A DNA stretch of 64,000 nucleotides. It comes from Gemmatimonadales bacterium. Its GTDB lineage: Bacteria; Gemmatimonadota; Gemmatimonadetes; Gemmatimonadales; GWC2-71-9. Both the position numbers and the translations under genes were made by a program. The notes below the pieces were generated by a model. The model was not told the origin of the DNA and did no database searches. It saw only the letters and a program-made list of their open reading frames with translations. Within the stretch, counting starts at the first letter, position 1. Every line of letters starts with the position of its first letter. The DNA lies in the NCBI GenBank assembly GCA_041577295.1, contig JBFGJG010000021.1:1-64000 (forward strand). The letters are read 5' to 3'. Shown in pieces: positions 46,531-57,869 of the stretch.

Positions 46531-47394
46531 ATGGATATAGCCCTAGTCACCTGTGCCGCCCTCCCTGGGCTCTATGAAGACGATCGGCGGCTGCTCGTCG
46601 CGCTCCGCGCTGCGGGGCATTCGGCCGAACCCGTGGTCTGGGAGGACCCCTATCAGGATTGGCACACACCGCGGCTCTGTCTCATCCGATCGGCGTGGGA
46701 TTACGCCTTTCGTCGGGACGCCTTCGTGTCGTGGGCTCGCACGGTGGCAGCAGCGACTATGCTGTGGAACTCCGCTCGATTGGTCGAATGGAATACGCAC
46801 AAGCGGTACCTGTGTGATCTGGCAGAGCGCGGCGTGCCCGTGGTCCCAACCCGTGTGTTGCTCGCTGGTTCCCGGATGGATCTCGGCACGTTGATGCGGG
46901 AAGCGGGGTGGCGTGACGTGGTGGTCAAGGCAGCCGTGGCACAGTCGGGGCGTTACGCAATGCGTGTGGAAGTTGAGAATGTCGAACGGGGCCAGGAGCA
47001 TCTCGACCGCCTCCTCCCGTACGAGGACATGTTGGTGCAGCCGTATATGCCTGCGGTGACGAGGGGAGGGGAGTTATCGATCGTGTTCATTGATGGAGAG
47101 TTCACTCATGCAGTGCGTAAAATGCCTGCTCCGCATGACTTTCGTGTCCACGTGGACCACGGTGGGAGCGTTACTCCGGTCCGTCTCGGTGCCCGTGAGC
47201 TCGCCACGGCAGAAGCGGCTGTGGCCGCCATCGGAGAGCCCACTCTCTACGCGCGAGTCGATCTGGTGGACGATGAGCGCCAGCACCCGCTGGTCATGGA
47301 ACTCGAGGTTGTGGAGCCAGAGCTTTTCTTTGCACACCATCAGCCGTCTGTACACCTCCTAGTGACCGCCATAGAGCGCAACCTGCACAGCTGA
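46531..47394 (+). CDS. ATP-grasp ligase (RimK/GshB-type, DcsG-like)
   Basis: IRSAWDY, WNTHKRYL, VQPY, GE.S, F.HAV.K, YARVD, MELE..EP.LF. Confidence 0.85.
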   Translation: MDIALVTCAALPGLYEDDRRLLVALRAAGHSAEPVVWEDPYQDWHTPRLCLIRSAWDYAFRRDAFVSWARTVAAATMLWNSARLVEWNTHKRYLCDLAERGVPVVPTRVLLAGSRMDLGTLMREAGWRDVVVKAAVAQSGRYAMRVEVENVERGQEHLDRLLPYEDMLVQPYMPAVTRGGELSIVFIDGEFTHAVRKMPAPHDFRVHVDHGGSVTPVRLGARELATAEAAVAAIGEPTLYARVDLVDDERQHPLVMELEVVEPELFFAHHQPSVHLLVTAIERNLHS

Positions 47395-47452
47395 CTTACA
47401 TGACAGTCGTCAACTTGCCCCCCGCGTGGATGGTCGTTTATCATGCGGCACG

Positions 47453-48136
47453 ATGATGCGCCGGGCATTAGCGCTCTACCGTTCGTCGATAGGCAAAAAA
47501 GTCACGATGGCCATCACTGGTCTCGTGTTGTTCTTCTTTGTGATTGCACACATGCTTGGCAATCTCAAGGTCTTTCAGGGTCCAGAGAAGTTCAATGCGT
47601 ATGCTGAGTTTCTCAGGGAGTTCGGCGAGCCACTGCTGGGACACTCGCAGTTTCTGTGGATCTTACGGGTTGGGTTGCTGCTCGCGGTTGTCCTGCACAT
47701 CGTGGCCGCAGTACAGCTAACGCGGATGAGCCAACAGGCGCGTCCGGTGCGCTATCAGCGTCGGTTGACGCCGAGCGCTTCGACATACGCGTCCCGGACG
47801 ATGCGGTGGGGCGGTGTGATCATCGCAACATTCGTCGTATACCATTTGCTGCATCTTACTGTCGGCACCGTGCATCCGGATTTCGTGGCGGGATCCGTAT
47901 ACCACAACGTGGTCGTCGGTTTTCGTAGCTGGATCGTAACGCTCGCGTATATCGCGGCCATGGGTGTGCTGGGTCTTCATCTCTACCACGGAGTGTGGAG
48001 CACGTTTCAGACGCTCGGCGCCGGCGGTGCCGAGCACAGTCAGGTGCGCCGCTCGCTCGCTGCAGGCGTCGCTCTTGTGATCTTTCTCGGTTTCATCACG
48101 GTCCCGGTGTCTGTGTTGACCGGGGTGGTGCAGTAG
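47453..48136 (+). CDS. sdhC: Succinate dehydrogenase/fumarate reductase cytochrome b subunit
   Basis: SSIGKK..MA.TG, HM.GNL, ASRTM, HL.HG.WS.FQTLG; conserved His positions. Confidence 0.93.
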   Translation: MMRRALALYRSSIGKKVTMAITGLVLFFFVIAHMLGNLKVFQGPEKFNAYAEFLREFGEPLLGHSQFLWILRVGLLLAVVLHIVAAVQLTRMSQQARPVRYQRRLTPSASTYASRTMRWGGVIIATFVVYHLLHLTVGTVHPDFVAGSVYHNVVVGFRSWIVTLAYIAAMGVLGLHLYHGVWSTFQTLGAGGAEHSQVRRSLAAGVALVIFLGFITVPVSVLTGVVQ

Positions 48137-48150
48137 CGGTAGGGGGTGGG

Positions 48151-50064
48151 ATGGATCTGATCTCACGCGTGCCGGGTGGCCCAATCGAAAAGAAATGGGA
48201 CCAGCACCGCCAGGACCTCAAGCTGGTGAACCCGGCCAACAAACGAAAGTTTGACATCATCGTCGTCGGGACGGGTCTGGCCGGTGCTTCGGCGGCGGCG
48301 ACCCTCGCCGAGCTGGGCTATGACGTCAAAGCGTTCTGCTTCCACGACAGTCCGCGCCGTGCCCACAGCATCGCTGCACAAGGTGGTATCAACGCCGCTA
48401 AGAATTATCAGAACGATGGTGACAGCATCTGGCGATTGTTCTACGATACGATCAAAGGCGGTGATTTTCGGTCACGAGAAGCCAACGTGTACCGCTTGGC
48501 GCAGATCAGCCTGAACATCATCGATCAGTGTGTGGCTCAGGGCGTCCCGTTCGCGCGGGAGTATGGTGGTTTGCTAGCGAATCGTTCCTTCGGAGGGGCA
48601 CAGGTCTCGCGAACCTTTTATGCTCGCGGTCAGACGGGGCAACAACTCTTGCTCGGTGCGTATCAGGCTCTGGAACGTCAGATCGCGATTGGAAAGGTCC
48701 AGATGTTTCCCCGCACGGAGATGTTGGACATCGTCGTGATGGATGGCTGTGCCCGGGGGATCGTCGTTCGGGATCTCGTAACCGGTAAGATCTCCACGCA
48801 CGCCGCACATGCGGTCGTTCTGGCAACGGGTGGTTACAGCAACGTGTTCTTCTTGTCCACCAACGCCAAAGGATGCAACGTCACAGCCACCTGGCGTGCT
48901 CACAAACGAGGCGCGGCCTTTGCCAATCCCTGCTTCACACAGATCCACCCCACGTGCATCCCTCCGAGCGGAGAGTTCCAGTCTAAGCTCACCTTGATGA
49001 GCGAGTCCCTGCGCAACGACGGTCGGATCTGGGTTCCCACACGCAAGGGAGACGACCGACCGCCCAGCGAGATCCCCGATTCCGAGCGGGACTACTACCT
49101 CGAGCGTCTGTATCCGAGTTTTGGAAATTTGAGCCCGAGAGATATTGCCTCGCGGCGCGCGAAGGAGGCGTGCGACGAAGGGCGTGGTGTTGGGCCGCTA
49201 GACATCGGTGTGTACCTCGATTTCCGCGACGCGATTGAGCGACTCGGCCGGCAAACCATCTCCGAGCGGTACGGTAACCTCTTCGAGATCTATCAGCAGA
49301 TCACCGGCGAAGATCCGTATGCTGTTCCGATGCGGATCTACCCCGCTCCGCATTACACGATGGGCGGTCTGTGGGTGGACTACAATCTCATGAGCACTAT
49401 TCCGGGGCTGTACGTCATTGGAGAGGCCAACTTCTCAGACCACGGCGCAAACCGTCTCGGCGCGAGCGCGCTCATGCAGGGTCTCGCGGATGGATATTTC
49501 ATCCTGCCATACACCATCGGCGACTATCTCGCACAGACGCGCTTCGCGGACGTGGATGACAGTGCATCACCGTTTCGCCAAACAGAGCACGAAGTATCCG
49601 ACAGAGTGACAAAGCTCCTGGCGGTGGATGGCCGCCGGTCGGTGGACTCGTTTCATCGTGAGCTCGGACGGCTGATGTGGGATCGGTGCGGCATGTCCCG
49701 CAGTCGTGAAGGACTCACCGACGCCATCGAACGGATCAGAGAGCTTCGTGATGAGTTTTGGGGCGATGTCCGAGTGATGGGCCGGTCAGAGGACCTGAAC
49801 CAATCGTTGGAAAAGGCCGGGCGCGTTGCCGATTTTCTCGAGTTCGCCGAGGTCATGTGTCACGATGCGCTCCATCGTGAGGAGTCCTGCGGGGCGCACT
49901 TCCGCGAGGAATACCAGACACCCGAGGGCGAGGCAAAGCGCAATGACGCGGATTATGCCTTTGTATCGGCGTGGGAGTTCACGGAAGTGGGTTGCCCTCC
50001 GAAACTCTACCGCGAGCCTCTGGCGTTCGAGTATGTGGCCCTCGCGCAGCGGAGTTACAAGTAA
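48151..50064 (+). CDS. sdhA: Succinate dehydrogenase/fumarate reductase flavoprotein
   Basis: [16 protein letters not shown] covalent-FAD His, HYTMGG, HGANRLG, REESCG.HFR. Confidence 0.96.
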   Translation: MDLISRVPGGPIEKKWDQHRQDLKLVNPANKRKFDIIVVGTGLAGASAAATLAELGYDVKAFCFHDSPRRAHSIAAQGGINAAKNYQNDGDSIWRLFYDTIKGGDFRSREANVYRLAQISLNIIDQCVAQGVPFAREYGGLLANRSFGGAQVSRTFYARGQTGQQLLLGAYQALERQIAIGKVQMFPRTEMLDIVVMDGCARGIVVRDLVTGKISTHAAHAVVLATGGYSNVFFLSTNAKGCNVTATWRAHKRGAAFANPCFTQIHPTCIPPSGEFQSKLTLMSESLRNDGRIWVPTRKGDDRPPSEIPDSERDYYLERLYPSFGNLSPRDIASRRAKEACDEGRGVGPLDIGVYLDFRDAIERLGRQTISERYGNLFEIYQQITGEDPYAVPMRIYPAPHYTMGGLWVDYNLMSTIPGLYVIGEANFSDHGANRLGASALMQGLADGYFILPYTIGDYLAQTRFADVDDSASPFRQTEHEVSDRVTKLLAVDGRRSVDSFHRELGRLMWDRCGMSRSREGLTDAIERIRELRDEFWGDVRVMGRSEDLNQSLEKAGRVADFLEFAEVMCHDALHREESCGAHFREEYQTPEGEAKRNDADYAFVSAWEFTEVGCPPKLYREPLAFEYVALAQRSYK

Positions 50065-50843
50065 TGGACCTCGTGCTCCGCGTATGGCGTCAGACGGGAG
50101 CCACCGATCGCGGACGGTTCGTGCGATACGAAGCCCGTGATGTCAGCCCAGACATGTCGTTCCTCGAATTGCTCGACGTCGTCAATGAGACGCTGATCGA
50201 GAAAGGCGAGGACCCGATCGCGTTCGAGCACGACTGCCGCGAAGGGATTTGCGGCTCCTGCGGCGTGGTGATCAACGGATCTCCTCACGGCCCCCATGGC
50301 GGAGTTACCGCGTGTCAGCTTCATATGCGTTCGTTCAAGAGCGGTGACGAGGTCTGGATCGAGCCATGGCGCGCCAAGGCCTTTCCGGTGATCAAGGACC
50401 TGATCGTCGACCGCACCGCATTCGACCGCATCATCCAGGCAGGTGGCTACATCTCGGTGCGCACCGGGAGTGCGCCCGACGCCAATGCGATCCCCGTGCC
50501 GAAGCGTGACGCCGATCTGGCGTTCGATGCAGCCACTTGTATCGGATGCGGCGCCTGCGTGGCGGCGTGTCCCAACGCATCAGCAATGCTCTTTACGGCT
50601 GCCAAAGTGTCTCACCTCGGCCTCGTGCCGCAGGGCCAGCCGGAGCGTTACGAACGGGTGGTGAAGATGGTGGCTACGATGGATGCCGAAGGGTTTGGCA
50701 GCTGCACCAACCACGCCGAATGCGAGGCCGCATGCCCCAAGGGCATCAGCGTCGACTACATCGCACAGCTGAACCGGGACCTGGTTCGGGCCAATGTCAT
50801 TGGTGCTGGCACCAACGGCTCCTCCTCCATTGCCGGCGACTAG
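50064..50843 (+). CDS. sdhB: Succinate dehydrogenase/fumarate reductase iron-sulfur subunit
   Basis: [16 protein letters not shown]...CP, CTN..EC...CPK. TAATG coupling. Confidence 0.96.
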   Translation: MDLVLRVWRQTGATDRGRFVRYEARDVSPDMSFLELLDVVNETLIEKGEDPIAFEHDCREGICGSCGVVINGSPHGPHGGVTACQLHMRSFKSGDEVWIEPWRAKAFPVIKDLIVDRTAFDRIIQAGGYISVRTGSAPDANAIPVPKRDADLAFDAATCIGCGACVAACPNASAMLFTAAKVSHLGLVPQGQPERYERVVKMVATMDAEGFGSCTNHAECEAACPKGISVDYIAQLNRDLVRANVIGAGTNGSSSIAGD

Positions 50844-50906
50844 ACCGTCTCCCTCACCTTCCCTACCTCCTCCCACAATCGGGCAAGCGTCCTCTGACGA
50901 GCCGTA

Positions 50907-50942
50907 AGGTCCCGCCGCACTCGGTCGCGGGACCTGTTTTTT
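50907..50942 (+). terminator. Rho-independent terminator of sdhCAB
   Basis: AGGTCCCGC-N11-GCGGGACCT followed by GTTTTTT. Confidence 0.85.
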
Positions 50943-50994
50943 ATTCGTCGGACTCCGCACCTTATGTCGCCAATTCCAACGTGGAGCTCCAGTC

Positions 50995-52272
50995 GTGACC
51001 GATACCGCCGGCGGACCGCGCCCGCGCTTCTGGACCTGCTTTGGTCCGGGACTCCTCTGGGCAGCAGCCGCGATCGGTGTGTCTCATCTCGTGCAGTCGA
51101 CGCGCGCTGGGGCAGAAGGAGGGTTTGCGCTTTCCGGGGTGATACTGTTGGCGCTGGTGCTCAAGTACCCCTTTTTCGAGTTCGGTCCGCGGTATGCCGC
51201 GGCGACCGGAGCGAGTCTGGTAGAAGGGTATCGCCAGATCGGGACGTGGGCGCTCGTTCTGTATCTCGTTATTACCCTGACGACCGCCGGGATCGTGCAG
51301 ACAGCGGTCGTGCTGTTTACCGCCTTTCTCCTGCAGTACGTGTTCGGCTTCACGTGGTCGGTTGCTGTCGTCTCTGGAGTGCTGATTACCGCTTGTGCCC
51401 TGCTTCTCTATCTGGGCCGGTTCAAGCTGCTCGACTCGACCGTCAAAGTCATTCTGGTCCTGCTCGCCGTGTCGACGCTGGCCGCGGCCGTCGTGACCCT
51501 CCCCCGCGCCGACCTGTCGACGCTGGCACTCTGGCCGGGTGACGTCGTGGGCAGCCTCGTGCCGTTCGCATTCTTGCTGGCACTCGTGGGATGGATGCCG
51601 TCCGCGATCGACATCTCCGTGTGGAGTTCGTTGTGGACTCTGGCGAAGGATGAGACGGTTGGTACGCGGGCGACGGTGCAAGTGGCCAAACTGGACTTCC
51701 TCATCGGCTATGTTGGCACCGGGATACTGGCGTTTGCGTTTCTTACGCTCGGTGCGGGTGTGATGTTTGGATCGGGGGCCGAGTTCAGCGGCGCCGGGAC
51801 GATCTTCTCGACGCAGCTAGTAGACCTCTATAGCAGCACGCTCGGGACCTGGACGCGTCCTGTCGTGCTCGTCGCGGTCACGACCACGATGCTCTCTACC
51901 TCGCTTACCGTTGTGGATGGGTTCCCCCGCGCGATCGACCGCTCCGTCGCCAACCTCGTATCGCGCGACCCGGTCGCCACGGCCAGGCGCCCGGTTGGGC
52001 CAGTCTATTGGGTGAGCATTGCCGGGCTGGGCTTCGGGACCGTCGTAGTCCTGTGGTGGTTCGCCGGAACCCTGACGGCCATGGTGGACTTTGCGACTAT
52101 CGTGTCCTTCCTGACGGCGCCGGTGCTGGGCTTTCTGAACCTCAAAGCCGTCACCTCTCCCGAGATGCCACCCGAGCACCGTCCTGGTCCGGCGATGCTC
52201 GCTCTGTCCTGGATAGGGTTGGTCCTTCTAGGAGGAACGGGGCTTGTATACCTCGTTTGGGTGGTATCGTGA
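50995..52272 (+). CDS. Nramp-related divalent metal cation transporter
   Basis: GPGLL.AAAAIG.SHLVQSTRAGA, KYPFFE.G.RY, GWMP, DGFPR; about 11 TM helices. Confidence 0.8.
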   Translation: MTDTAGGPRPRFWTCFGPGLLWAAAAIGVSHLVQSTRAGAEGGFALSGVILLALVLKYPFFEFGPRYAAATGASLVEGYRQIGTWALVLYLVITLTTAGIVQTAVVLFTAFLLQYVFGFTWSVAVVSGVLITACALLLYLGRFKLLDSTVKVILVLLAVSTLAAAVVTLPRADLSTLALWPGDVVGSLVPFAFLLALVGWMPSAIDISVWSSLWTLAKDETVGTRATVQVAKLDFLIGYVGTGILAFAFLTLGAGVMFGSGAEFSGAGTIFSTQLVDLYSSTLGTWTRPVVLVAVTTTMLSTSLTVVDGFPRAIDRSVANLVSRDPVATARRPVGPVYWVSIAGLGFGTVVVLWWFAGTLTAMVDFATIVSFLTAPVLGFLNLKAVTSPEMPPEHRPGPAMLALSWIGLVLLGGTGLVYLVWVVS

Positions 52273-52305
52273 GGTGGGCTCGACGCCGTGTGGTCAGACT
52301 TCCCT

Positions 52306-53013
52306 TCAGCGGTGGTTGGCTTCGAGGCGGTACCCGACCTTGCGAATCGTGATGATGTAGGCGGGATGAGACGGGTCGTGCTCGAGCTTGCGGCGGAGCT
52401 CCGCAATGTGCGTGTCGACCGTTCGGCTGAGCACGGTAGCGTTGTACCCCCACACCTCCTGCATGAGATCGTACCTCGAGACTGCCGCCCCTCGGCGCTG
52501 GAGCAACGCGACCAGTAGCTCGTACTCTTTGGGCGTGAGAGCGACTTCCCGGCCACCACGCCGAACGACGCGCGCATCTTGGTCGACTTCCACGTCTCCG
52601 AATCGTTCAATTGGCCGTGCGTTTGCTGCGCGAACCTTCCAACCGTCCTCACCGCTGCGCCGCAGCAATGCCTCCACCCGCGCGAGGAGCTCGAGCACTC
52701 CAAATGGCTTCGTCACGTAGTCATCTGCGCCGAGCCTCAGGCCGCGTACCTTGTCGGTCTCCTCGCCGCGCGCGGTCAGAATCAGGATGGGCGGCTTGAA
52801 CCCGCGACGCCGCAGCTCGTGCAGCACCCGAAACCCGTCGAGGCCCGGCAGCATCAAGTCGAGTATTACGAGGTCCGGCTGGAGTCGGAGTGCTTCGTCC
52901 AATCCACGCTGCCCGTCCGCCGCGATGGAAACATCGTAGCCTTCGATCTCGAGGTTGTTGCGAAGACCAAATGCGAGGTCATCGTTGTCCTCGACAACGA
53001 GAATCCTAGACAT
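52306..53013 (-). CDS. OmpR/PhoB-family response regulator
   Basis: ILVVED, LDLMLP, GADDY.TKPF, LTPKE..LL, RTVDTHI..LR.K, VGYR. Confidence 0.95.
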   Translation of the reverse strand: MSRILVVEDNDDLAFGLRNNLEIEGYDVSIAADGQRGLDEALRLQPDLVILDLMLPGLDGFRVLHELRRRGFKPPILILTARGEETDKVRGLRLGADDYVTKPFGVLELLARVEALLRRSGEDGWKVRAANARPIERFGDVEVDQDARVVRRGGREVALTPKEYELLVALLQRRGAAVSRYDLMQEVWGYNATVLSRTVDTHIAELRRKLEHDPSHPAYIITIRKVGYRLEANHR

Positions 53014-54709
53014 CGTCGACTGCGCTCACGCTTGCTTGATCAGCGGTCCACCGTGCGGTCCCAGGGGGTTGTTGGGGCACTTCACGCAAATCACGGGTGT
53101 TAGCACCAGGGAACTCAATGCCGAATCGCGCCCCGCCACCAGGAGCCTCCGCTACCCAAACCCGTGCGCCGTGTAACACTGCCAAATCGTGCACGACCGA
53201 AAGACCGATACCGGTCCCCGCAGTCGCGGACTGCCGCTCCCGCTCCAACCTCGCGAACCGCTCCCACACGCGAGCTCGATCGGCGGCGGGAATTCCGGGT
53301 CCCTCGTCATCCACCCAAAGACGCGCGCGCCCGTCGTGTGCATGGAGTCCAACGGTGATCGTTTGCCGAGGCGGGCCGTACTTTACCGCGTTGTCTAGCA
53401 AATTGAGCAGCATCTGCTGTACCGCACCTCGATCGACATTCACTTTGACGGTGGCATCAATCGCTGCCTGAAACTGCACTTGGTCGGTGTTCACGGTATG
53501 CGCATACAGGTCGAGCACCTCTCGCACCAACGGCGCGAGATCAGTCGGAACGGGTGTGATGCTGACCACCTGACGTTCGGCCCGCGAAAACTGGAGCACG
53601 TTTTCGACTAGATGGGTCAAACGCCGCGCCTCCTTGTCGATGATCAGGAGCGAGCGGTGTTGCTCTTCGTCGGAGCGAACGCGTCCCAATAAGAGCGTTT
53701 CGGCGAACATGCGAATCTGCGCCAGGGGAGTGCGCAGTTCGTGCGAGACATTTGATACGAATTCGGTGCGCAACCGGCTGAGCTCTTGCTCGCGGCGGAG
53801 CTGGAGCAGCGCAATGACGATGAACGCGGCGGTGAGCGCGAGCAGCCCGACCGTGAAGGGGAGACGCGTGCTGGGAAGGCCTCCGATGATCAGACGGTCG
53901 GCTACTGCGCCGCGCAGCGCAACGCGTGCGGCGAGTCCTCCGAGCCGTGAATCCGTTCCCGCCACCGCAACGAACCCATCCGCCACGGAATCGGGGTGCG
54001 ACTGGTACAGCGTCTGGCCCGACCCATCGACTAGGCTCACGACGATCGCCGAGTCCGCCGGCACCCCGCGCAACAGGGATGGTGGAAGCACCGGCTCCCG
54101 TTTCACGGAGGCGTCGAGGAGCGCTCGTGTGCTGTCGCGGTTGAGCTCGAATCCGTAGGCCGTGATCGGGAGGCCGCTGTCCGTGCGGCGCAGCGTGTAG
54201 ACGAACAGGCGCTGTGGTGGGCCCGGATCGATCAATACTGCGGAGCGCCAATCCTCCCCGTATCCGTTGCCAACGTGCTGTGGGAGCGTGTCGCTGAGCC
54301 AATGCAGGTTAGCATCCTCGGTCGATGGGGCGACCTCGAGGCGTCCAGTTGCCAGGTCAAACCGAAAGAGGCGCTGGACCACCCCGAGCGCGCGGCGCTC
54401 GTAGTCGCCAGCCCCAGCGTACAGCATGGCTGAGTCCGGCAACGGCGCCAACGGACGCCAAACGCCGAGTCCTTCCAGGATGCGAAAGACGGGGTAAAAG
54501 CCGTAGTACTCGAAGTCCTGAGCGATACGCGCCGCCGTTTCCTCACTTGCGGCGCGAGCGTAGTCGTGCAGCTGCGTTTCGGCGGTCACGCGATGGTATT
54601 GGGCAGCTGTGACCGCTTGAAAGGCCAATACACCCGACAGGATGAGCGTTGAAAGTAGCAGGCCGACGATTAGCGCCGATCTGCGCCGGGGGGGGCGTAG
54701 AAACCGCAT
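53006..54709 (-). CDS. Membrane sensor histidine kinase
   Basis: Two TMs around a periplasmic domain, SHELRTPL H-box, NLLDNA.KY, D.GPGI, GTGIGL. Confidence 0.95.
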   Translation of the reverse strand: MRFLRPPRRRSALIVGLLLSTLILSGVLAFQAVTAAQYHRVTAETQLHDYARAASEETAARIAQDFEYYGFYPVFRILEGLGVWRPLAPLPDSAMLYAGAGDYERRALGVVQRLFRFDLATGRLEVAPSTEDANLHWLSDTLPQHVGNGYGEDWRSAVLIDPGPPQRLFVYTLRRTDSGLPITAYGFELNRDSTRALLDASVKREPVLPPSLLRGVPADSAIVVSLVDGSGQTLYQSHPDSVADGFVAVAGTDSRLGGLAARVALRGAVADRLIIGGLPSTRLPFTVGLLALTAAFIVIALLQLRREQELSRLRTEFVSNVSHELRTPLAQIRMFAETLLLGRVRSDEEQHRSLLIIDKEARRLTHLVENVLQFSRAERQVVSITPVPTDLAPLVREVLDLYAHTVNTDQVQFQAAIDATVKVNVDRGAVQQMLLNLLDNAVKYGPPRQTITVGLHAHDGRARLWVDDEGPGIPAADRARVWERFARLERERQSATAGTGIGLSVVHDLAVLHGARVWVAEAPGGGARFGIEFPGANTRDLREVPQQPPGTARWTADQASVSAVDDV

Positions 54710-54808
54710 GGGTCGCGTCCGAAGCCTTGCCGCGAGAAGTGAGTGCTTTGCAAGTTAGGAATCGCCGGGTGTAGCGTACAAGGATCAAACGGCCGTTTGC
54801 CGGCCGCC

Positions 54809-54846
54809 CTAACAGGTCTCTGACACTTCGATGACTCTTCGATCAC
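54809..54846 (-). promoter_or_regulatory. Tandem 11-bp-period direct repeats, OmpR/PhoB-type operator candidate
   Basis: Minus strand GTGAT-N6-GTCAT-N6-GTCAG-N6-GTTAG, about 100 nt upstream of the kinase. Confidence 0.5.
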
Positions 54847-54884
54847 GTGACGACGACCCCGGTCAGTCCCGGGGCCGTCGTCAC
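54847..54884 (-). terminator. 16-bp hairpin downstream of the amidohydrolase gene
   Basis: GTGACGACGACCCCGG-tcagtc-CCGGGGCCGTCGTCAC; no U-tract. Confidence 0.55.
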
Positions 54885-54901
54885 CGACGGTCGAGCGCTC
54901 G

Positions 54902-56296
54902 CTAGTTCTCGTAGGCTCTGGCGATCGCCTCGAGTCGCGTTTGGATCTCGCGTTGCGGCAGCCATTTGCCGTAGACCATCACCCCATTCGGGTTCGCCAC
55001 GTTGGCCACGTTCGTGAGAGGATTCCGGTCGAGCAGCACGAGATCGGCGCGCTGCCCGACGGCAATGGTTCCCTGCTCGTCCGAAACCTCAAAAAACTCC
55101 GCAACGTTTCGAGTACCACTGGCCAGGGCTTGATAGGGTGTGAGTCCGGCAACCACCAGTGCTTCGAGCTCGCGGCTGATCGAGAACCCAGGAACGTTCC
55201 AGATCTGAGGCGCATCCGAGCCCAACAGGAGCCCGGCACCCCCGTCAGCCAGCGCCTTGAGCAGTTGCCGGCGTACCTCGATGAATCGGTGCCGGGTCGC
55301 CTCCGGCGCCGCAGTTCGCAGCCACTGCTCCGTCCGTTCGATCCAGTTCGTACGCACCGCGGGGGGCATGTAGCGCAGCTCGGGTCGCCTGGCCCGATCC
55401 TGGGCGCTCTCGCTGCTGGCAAAGCTCTCCATCAACGTCTGCGTCGGAACGTTCCACACGCCCGCGGTGCGGGTGTCGGCGACAATGGACCTGATCTTCG
55501 ACTCATCGACATAGGGCGCGAGGTTGGCCCCAAACCAGCCGCTCTGCGTGCGGTCGACCGCCGCGTCGTCCGCGACGAGGGCCTCGATATATCCATCGAG
55601 GTGATCTATCGAGGCGTATGTTGCGGCCAGCGCCCTCATCAAACCCACTTCCGCCGGTACGTGTCCCGAGAATTCGATCTCCACACGATCCGCCACGGCG
55701 TCGAGCGTATCGAACGCTTGGCGGCTGAGTCCGGGATGAATTTTGATGAAATCGTAACCAGCGGCTTTCTGCTCAGTAGCCAGACGCCGCGCCGCGGCGG
55801 CATTCGGAACCGATCGACCGTTCACGGACGGACCGGATGTCCAGATGCGCGGACCGAGCACCTCTCCACGCGCGACTTCATTGCGCAGTTCGAGATGTGC
55901 TGGATGTCCCAGCATCCCGCGGATCGTCGTTACCCCGTTCGCCACATAAAGGAACAGGACCTCGTGAGCGTAATCCATTGACCCGTTCTGCGGAGAGGGA
56001 ATGTGCGCATGCATTTCGGCGAGACCCGGCATGAGAAACTTGCCGCGACCGTCGATGCGCGTCGCACCGCTAGGCACCGAGACCTGGTTGGCCGGTCCCA
56101 TGCTCACGATACAGCCGTTCTCGACGACGACGGTCATGCCGTCGAGCGTTCGCTCCCGGTCCATCGGGAGGACAGTGACATCGACGATGGCGTATGTCCC
56201 TTTATAAGGACCGGGTTGACACGCATCATCGCGGTGTGCCGCCGCCGTAACAGGGGCGGCGGCCACGCCGAGGAGTAGTAGGGCGGTGAGGGACAC
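54902..56296 (-). CDS. Secreted amidohydrolase-family protein
   Basis: Signal peptide, PGLAEMHAH, GVTTIR, IKI, GHV, DHL, GSD, G..ADLVLL..NP. Confidence 0.88.
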   Translation of the reverse strand: MSLTALLLLGVAAAPVTAAAHRDDACQPGPYKGTYAIVDVTVLPMDRERTLDGMTVVVENGCIVSMGPANQVSVPSGATRIDGRGKFLMPGLAEMHAHIPSPQNGSMDYAHEVLFLYVANGVTTIRGMLGHPAHLELRNEVARGEVLGPRIWTSGPSVNGRSVPNAAAARRLATEQKAAGYDFIKIHPGLSRQAFDTLDAVADRVEIEFSGHVPAEVGLMRALAATYASIDHLDGYIEALVADDAAVDRTQSGWFGANLAPYVDESKIRSIVADTRTAGVWNVPTQTLMESFASSESAQDRARRPELRYMPPAVRTNWIERTEQWLRTAAPEATRHRFIEVRRQLLKALADGGAGLLLGSDAPQIWNVPGFSISRELEALVVAGLTPYQALASGTRNVAEFFEVSDEQGTIAVGQRADLVLLDRNPLTNVANVANPNGVMVYGKWLPQREIQTRLEAIARAYEN

Positions 56297-56351
56297 ATTA
56301 CACCTCGAGGCTCGAGTTGGAGTCGTGGACGCTGGTATTGAGATGCGTCTT

Positions 56352-57869
56352 TTAACCCACGGCGGGGTCGTTCCGTTCCGCATTCATTCTCATCTTATCT
56401 GTCCCCGCGTCGTGGTGGGAAGGTTGGGTACGCCAACTCACCACGAGTGTCGCGAGGAGCGCGGCACCGAACGCGGGAATCAGTTCGTAGATGAGCGGGG
56501 CGAGAAAGGGGGTCAGCTCCCATGCGATTGTAACGACGGTTCCCACCAACAGACCCGCCATGACGCCTGCCCGGGTCGTGCGGCGCCAAAACAGGGCAAG
56601 AATCGAGGTAGGGCCGATCGCCGCGCCGAGACCGGCCCACGCGAAGAGCACCAACCAGAACACTAAGTCTTCTGCGAGGAGGCCAAACATGAGCGCAATG
56701 ACGACCAAAGCGCACACGACCACCCGGCTGTAGCGCACTAGTCGAGTCTGATCCATGGTCTCACCGCGGTGCAGCACCCGCTCGTAGAAGTCGCGTACCA
56801 CGCTCGATGCAGCGACCAAAAGCTGGGAGTCGGCTGTGGACATGATGGCGGCGAATATCGAGGCTACGACCATCCCGAACACGATCGGCGGCAGATGCGT
56901 CTGCGCGAGGAGCGGGTAGAGGTTTTCTGTATCCTGTGCCGGTAGCATCACCTGGTCTGGGAAATACACGCGCCCGACCAGTCCGATGAACAGCGCGCCC
57001 CACGCCATGACGACGTTCCACACGGTGCCCACGACCGCAGCGTACCGCAGCTGATCCGCATCCTTGATGGCCATGTATCGCACGATGATGTGCGGGTTCC
57101 CGGGGGAACCAAGACCGATTCCCAGAAAGCCAATCAGGGCACCTGCGGACAACGCGACTGGATCGAGCAGCGTTGCATCGTATTGGGTTAGCTCCGTGAG
57201 GACGGAGGTGAGTCCGCCGCGGTCCACAATGGCCACGGTGGGCAGTAGGACCAGCGCCACGATCATGAATATGGCCTGGATCATGTCCGTGAGGCTCACG
57301 GCGAGGAACCCACCGAGCGTTGTGTAGATGAGGACTATGAGTGCAGTGAGCACAATCCCGGCGGTTTCATCGAGTGCAAAGCTCGCGGCGATCGCCTTGC
57401 CACCGCCGACGAACTGGGCAGATACGTAACTCACCATGAACAGGAGGATGATCACGACCAGGAGCGAGCGTAGCCGTCCGTCGCGGTCACTGAATCGAGC
57501 GGCGTAGAAGTCGGGAAGCGTCACACAGTCGTGCGCGTCGCTGAAGCGCTTGAGACGCGGCGCGTAATAGAGAAACAATACCAATTCAGCAACGATGTAG
57601 CCCGTGACCGACCACACCGCAGCAGCACCGATAGCGTATGCCATTCCCGTGACGCCGAGCAAAAGCCACGCACTCCGCCCTGACACGACGGCCGAGAGTG
57701 CGACGACAAACCGGTGCATCTTGCGGCCACCAACGAAGAACTCGCTGACGCCTGTCGAGGAGAATCGTGTCGCGTAGATGCCGATGCCTATGACGAGCGC
57801 CAGGTATGCCACAAAAGCCACGACGGCGTTCCCATCGACCACAACGTTGGCGGTGACGGCCTCCTGCAT
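56352..57869 (-). CDS. putP: Sodium/proline symporter
   Basis: FF.GGR, ALSA..S..S.WLL.G, GGFLAVS.TD, G.PG.PH...RYM, AAIMSTADSQLLV, AWAG.GA. Confidence 0.85.
   Translation of the reverse strand: MQEAVTANVVVDGNAVVAFVAYLALVIGIGIYATRFSSTGVSEFFVGGRKMHRFVVALSAVVSGRSAWLLLGVTGMAYAIGAAAVWSVTGYIVAELVLFLYYAPRLKRFSDAHDCVTLPDFYAARFSDRDGRLRSLLVVIILLFMVSYVSAQFVGGGKAIAASFALDETAGIVLTALIVLIYTTLGGFLAVSLTDMIQAIFMIVALVLLPTVAIVDRGGLTSVLTELTQYDATLLDPVALSAGALIGFLGIGLGSPGNPHIIVRYMAIKDADQLRYAAVVGTVWNVVMAWGALFIGLVGRVYFPDQVMLPAQDTENLYPLLAQTHLPPIVFGMVVASIFAAIMSTADSQLLVAASSVVRDFYERVLHRGETMDQTRLVRYSRVVVCALVVIALMFGLLAEDLVFWLVLFAWAGLGAAIGPTSILALFWRRTTRAGVMAGLLVGTVVTIAWELTPFLAPLIYELIPAFGAALLATLVVSWRTQPSHHDAGTDKMRMNAERNDPAVG

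Noticed and set aside
50890..50915. CTGACGAG-CCGTAAGG resembling a hammerhead ribozyme core, or a Mn riboswitch before the Nramp-like gene
   Set aside because: The GAAA core strand is missing, no yybP-ykoY consensus is visible, and the sequence is explained by the sdh terminator.
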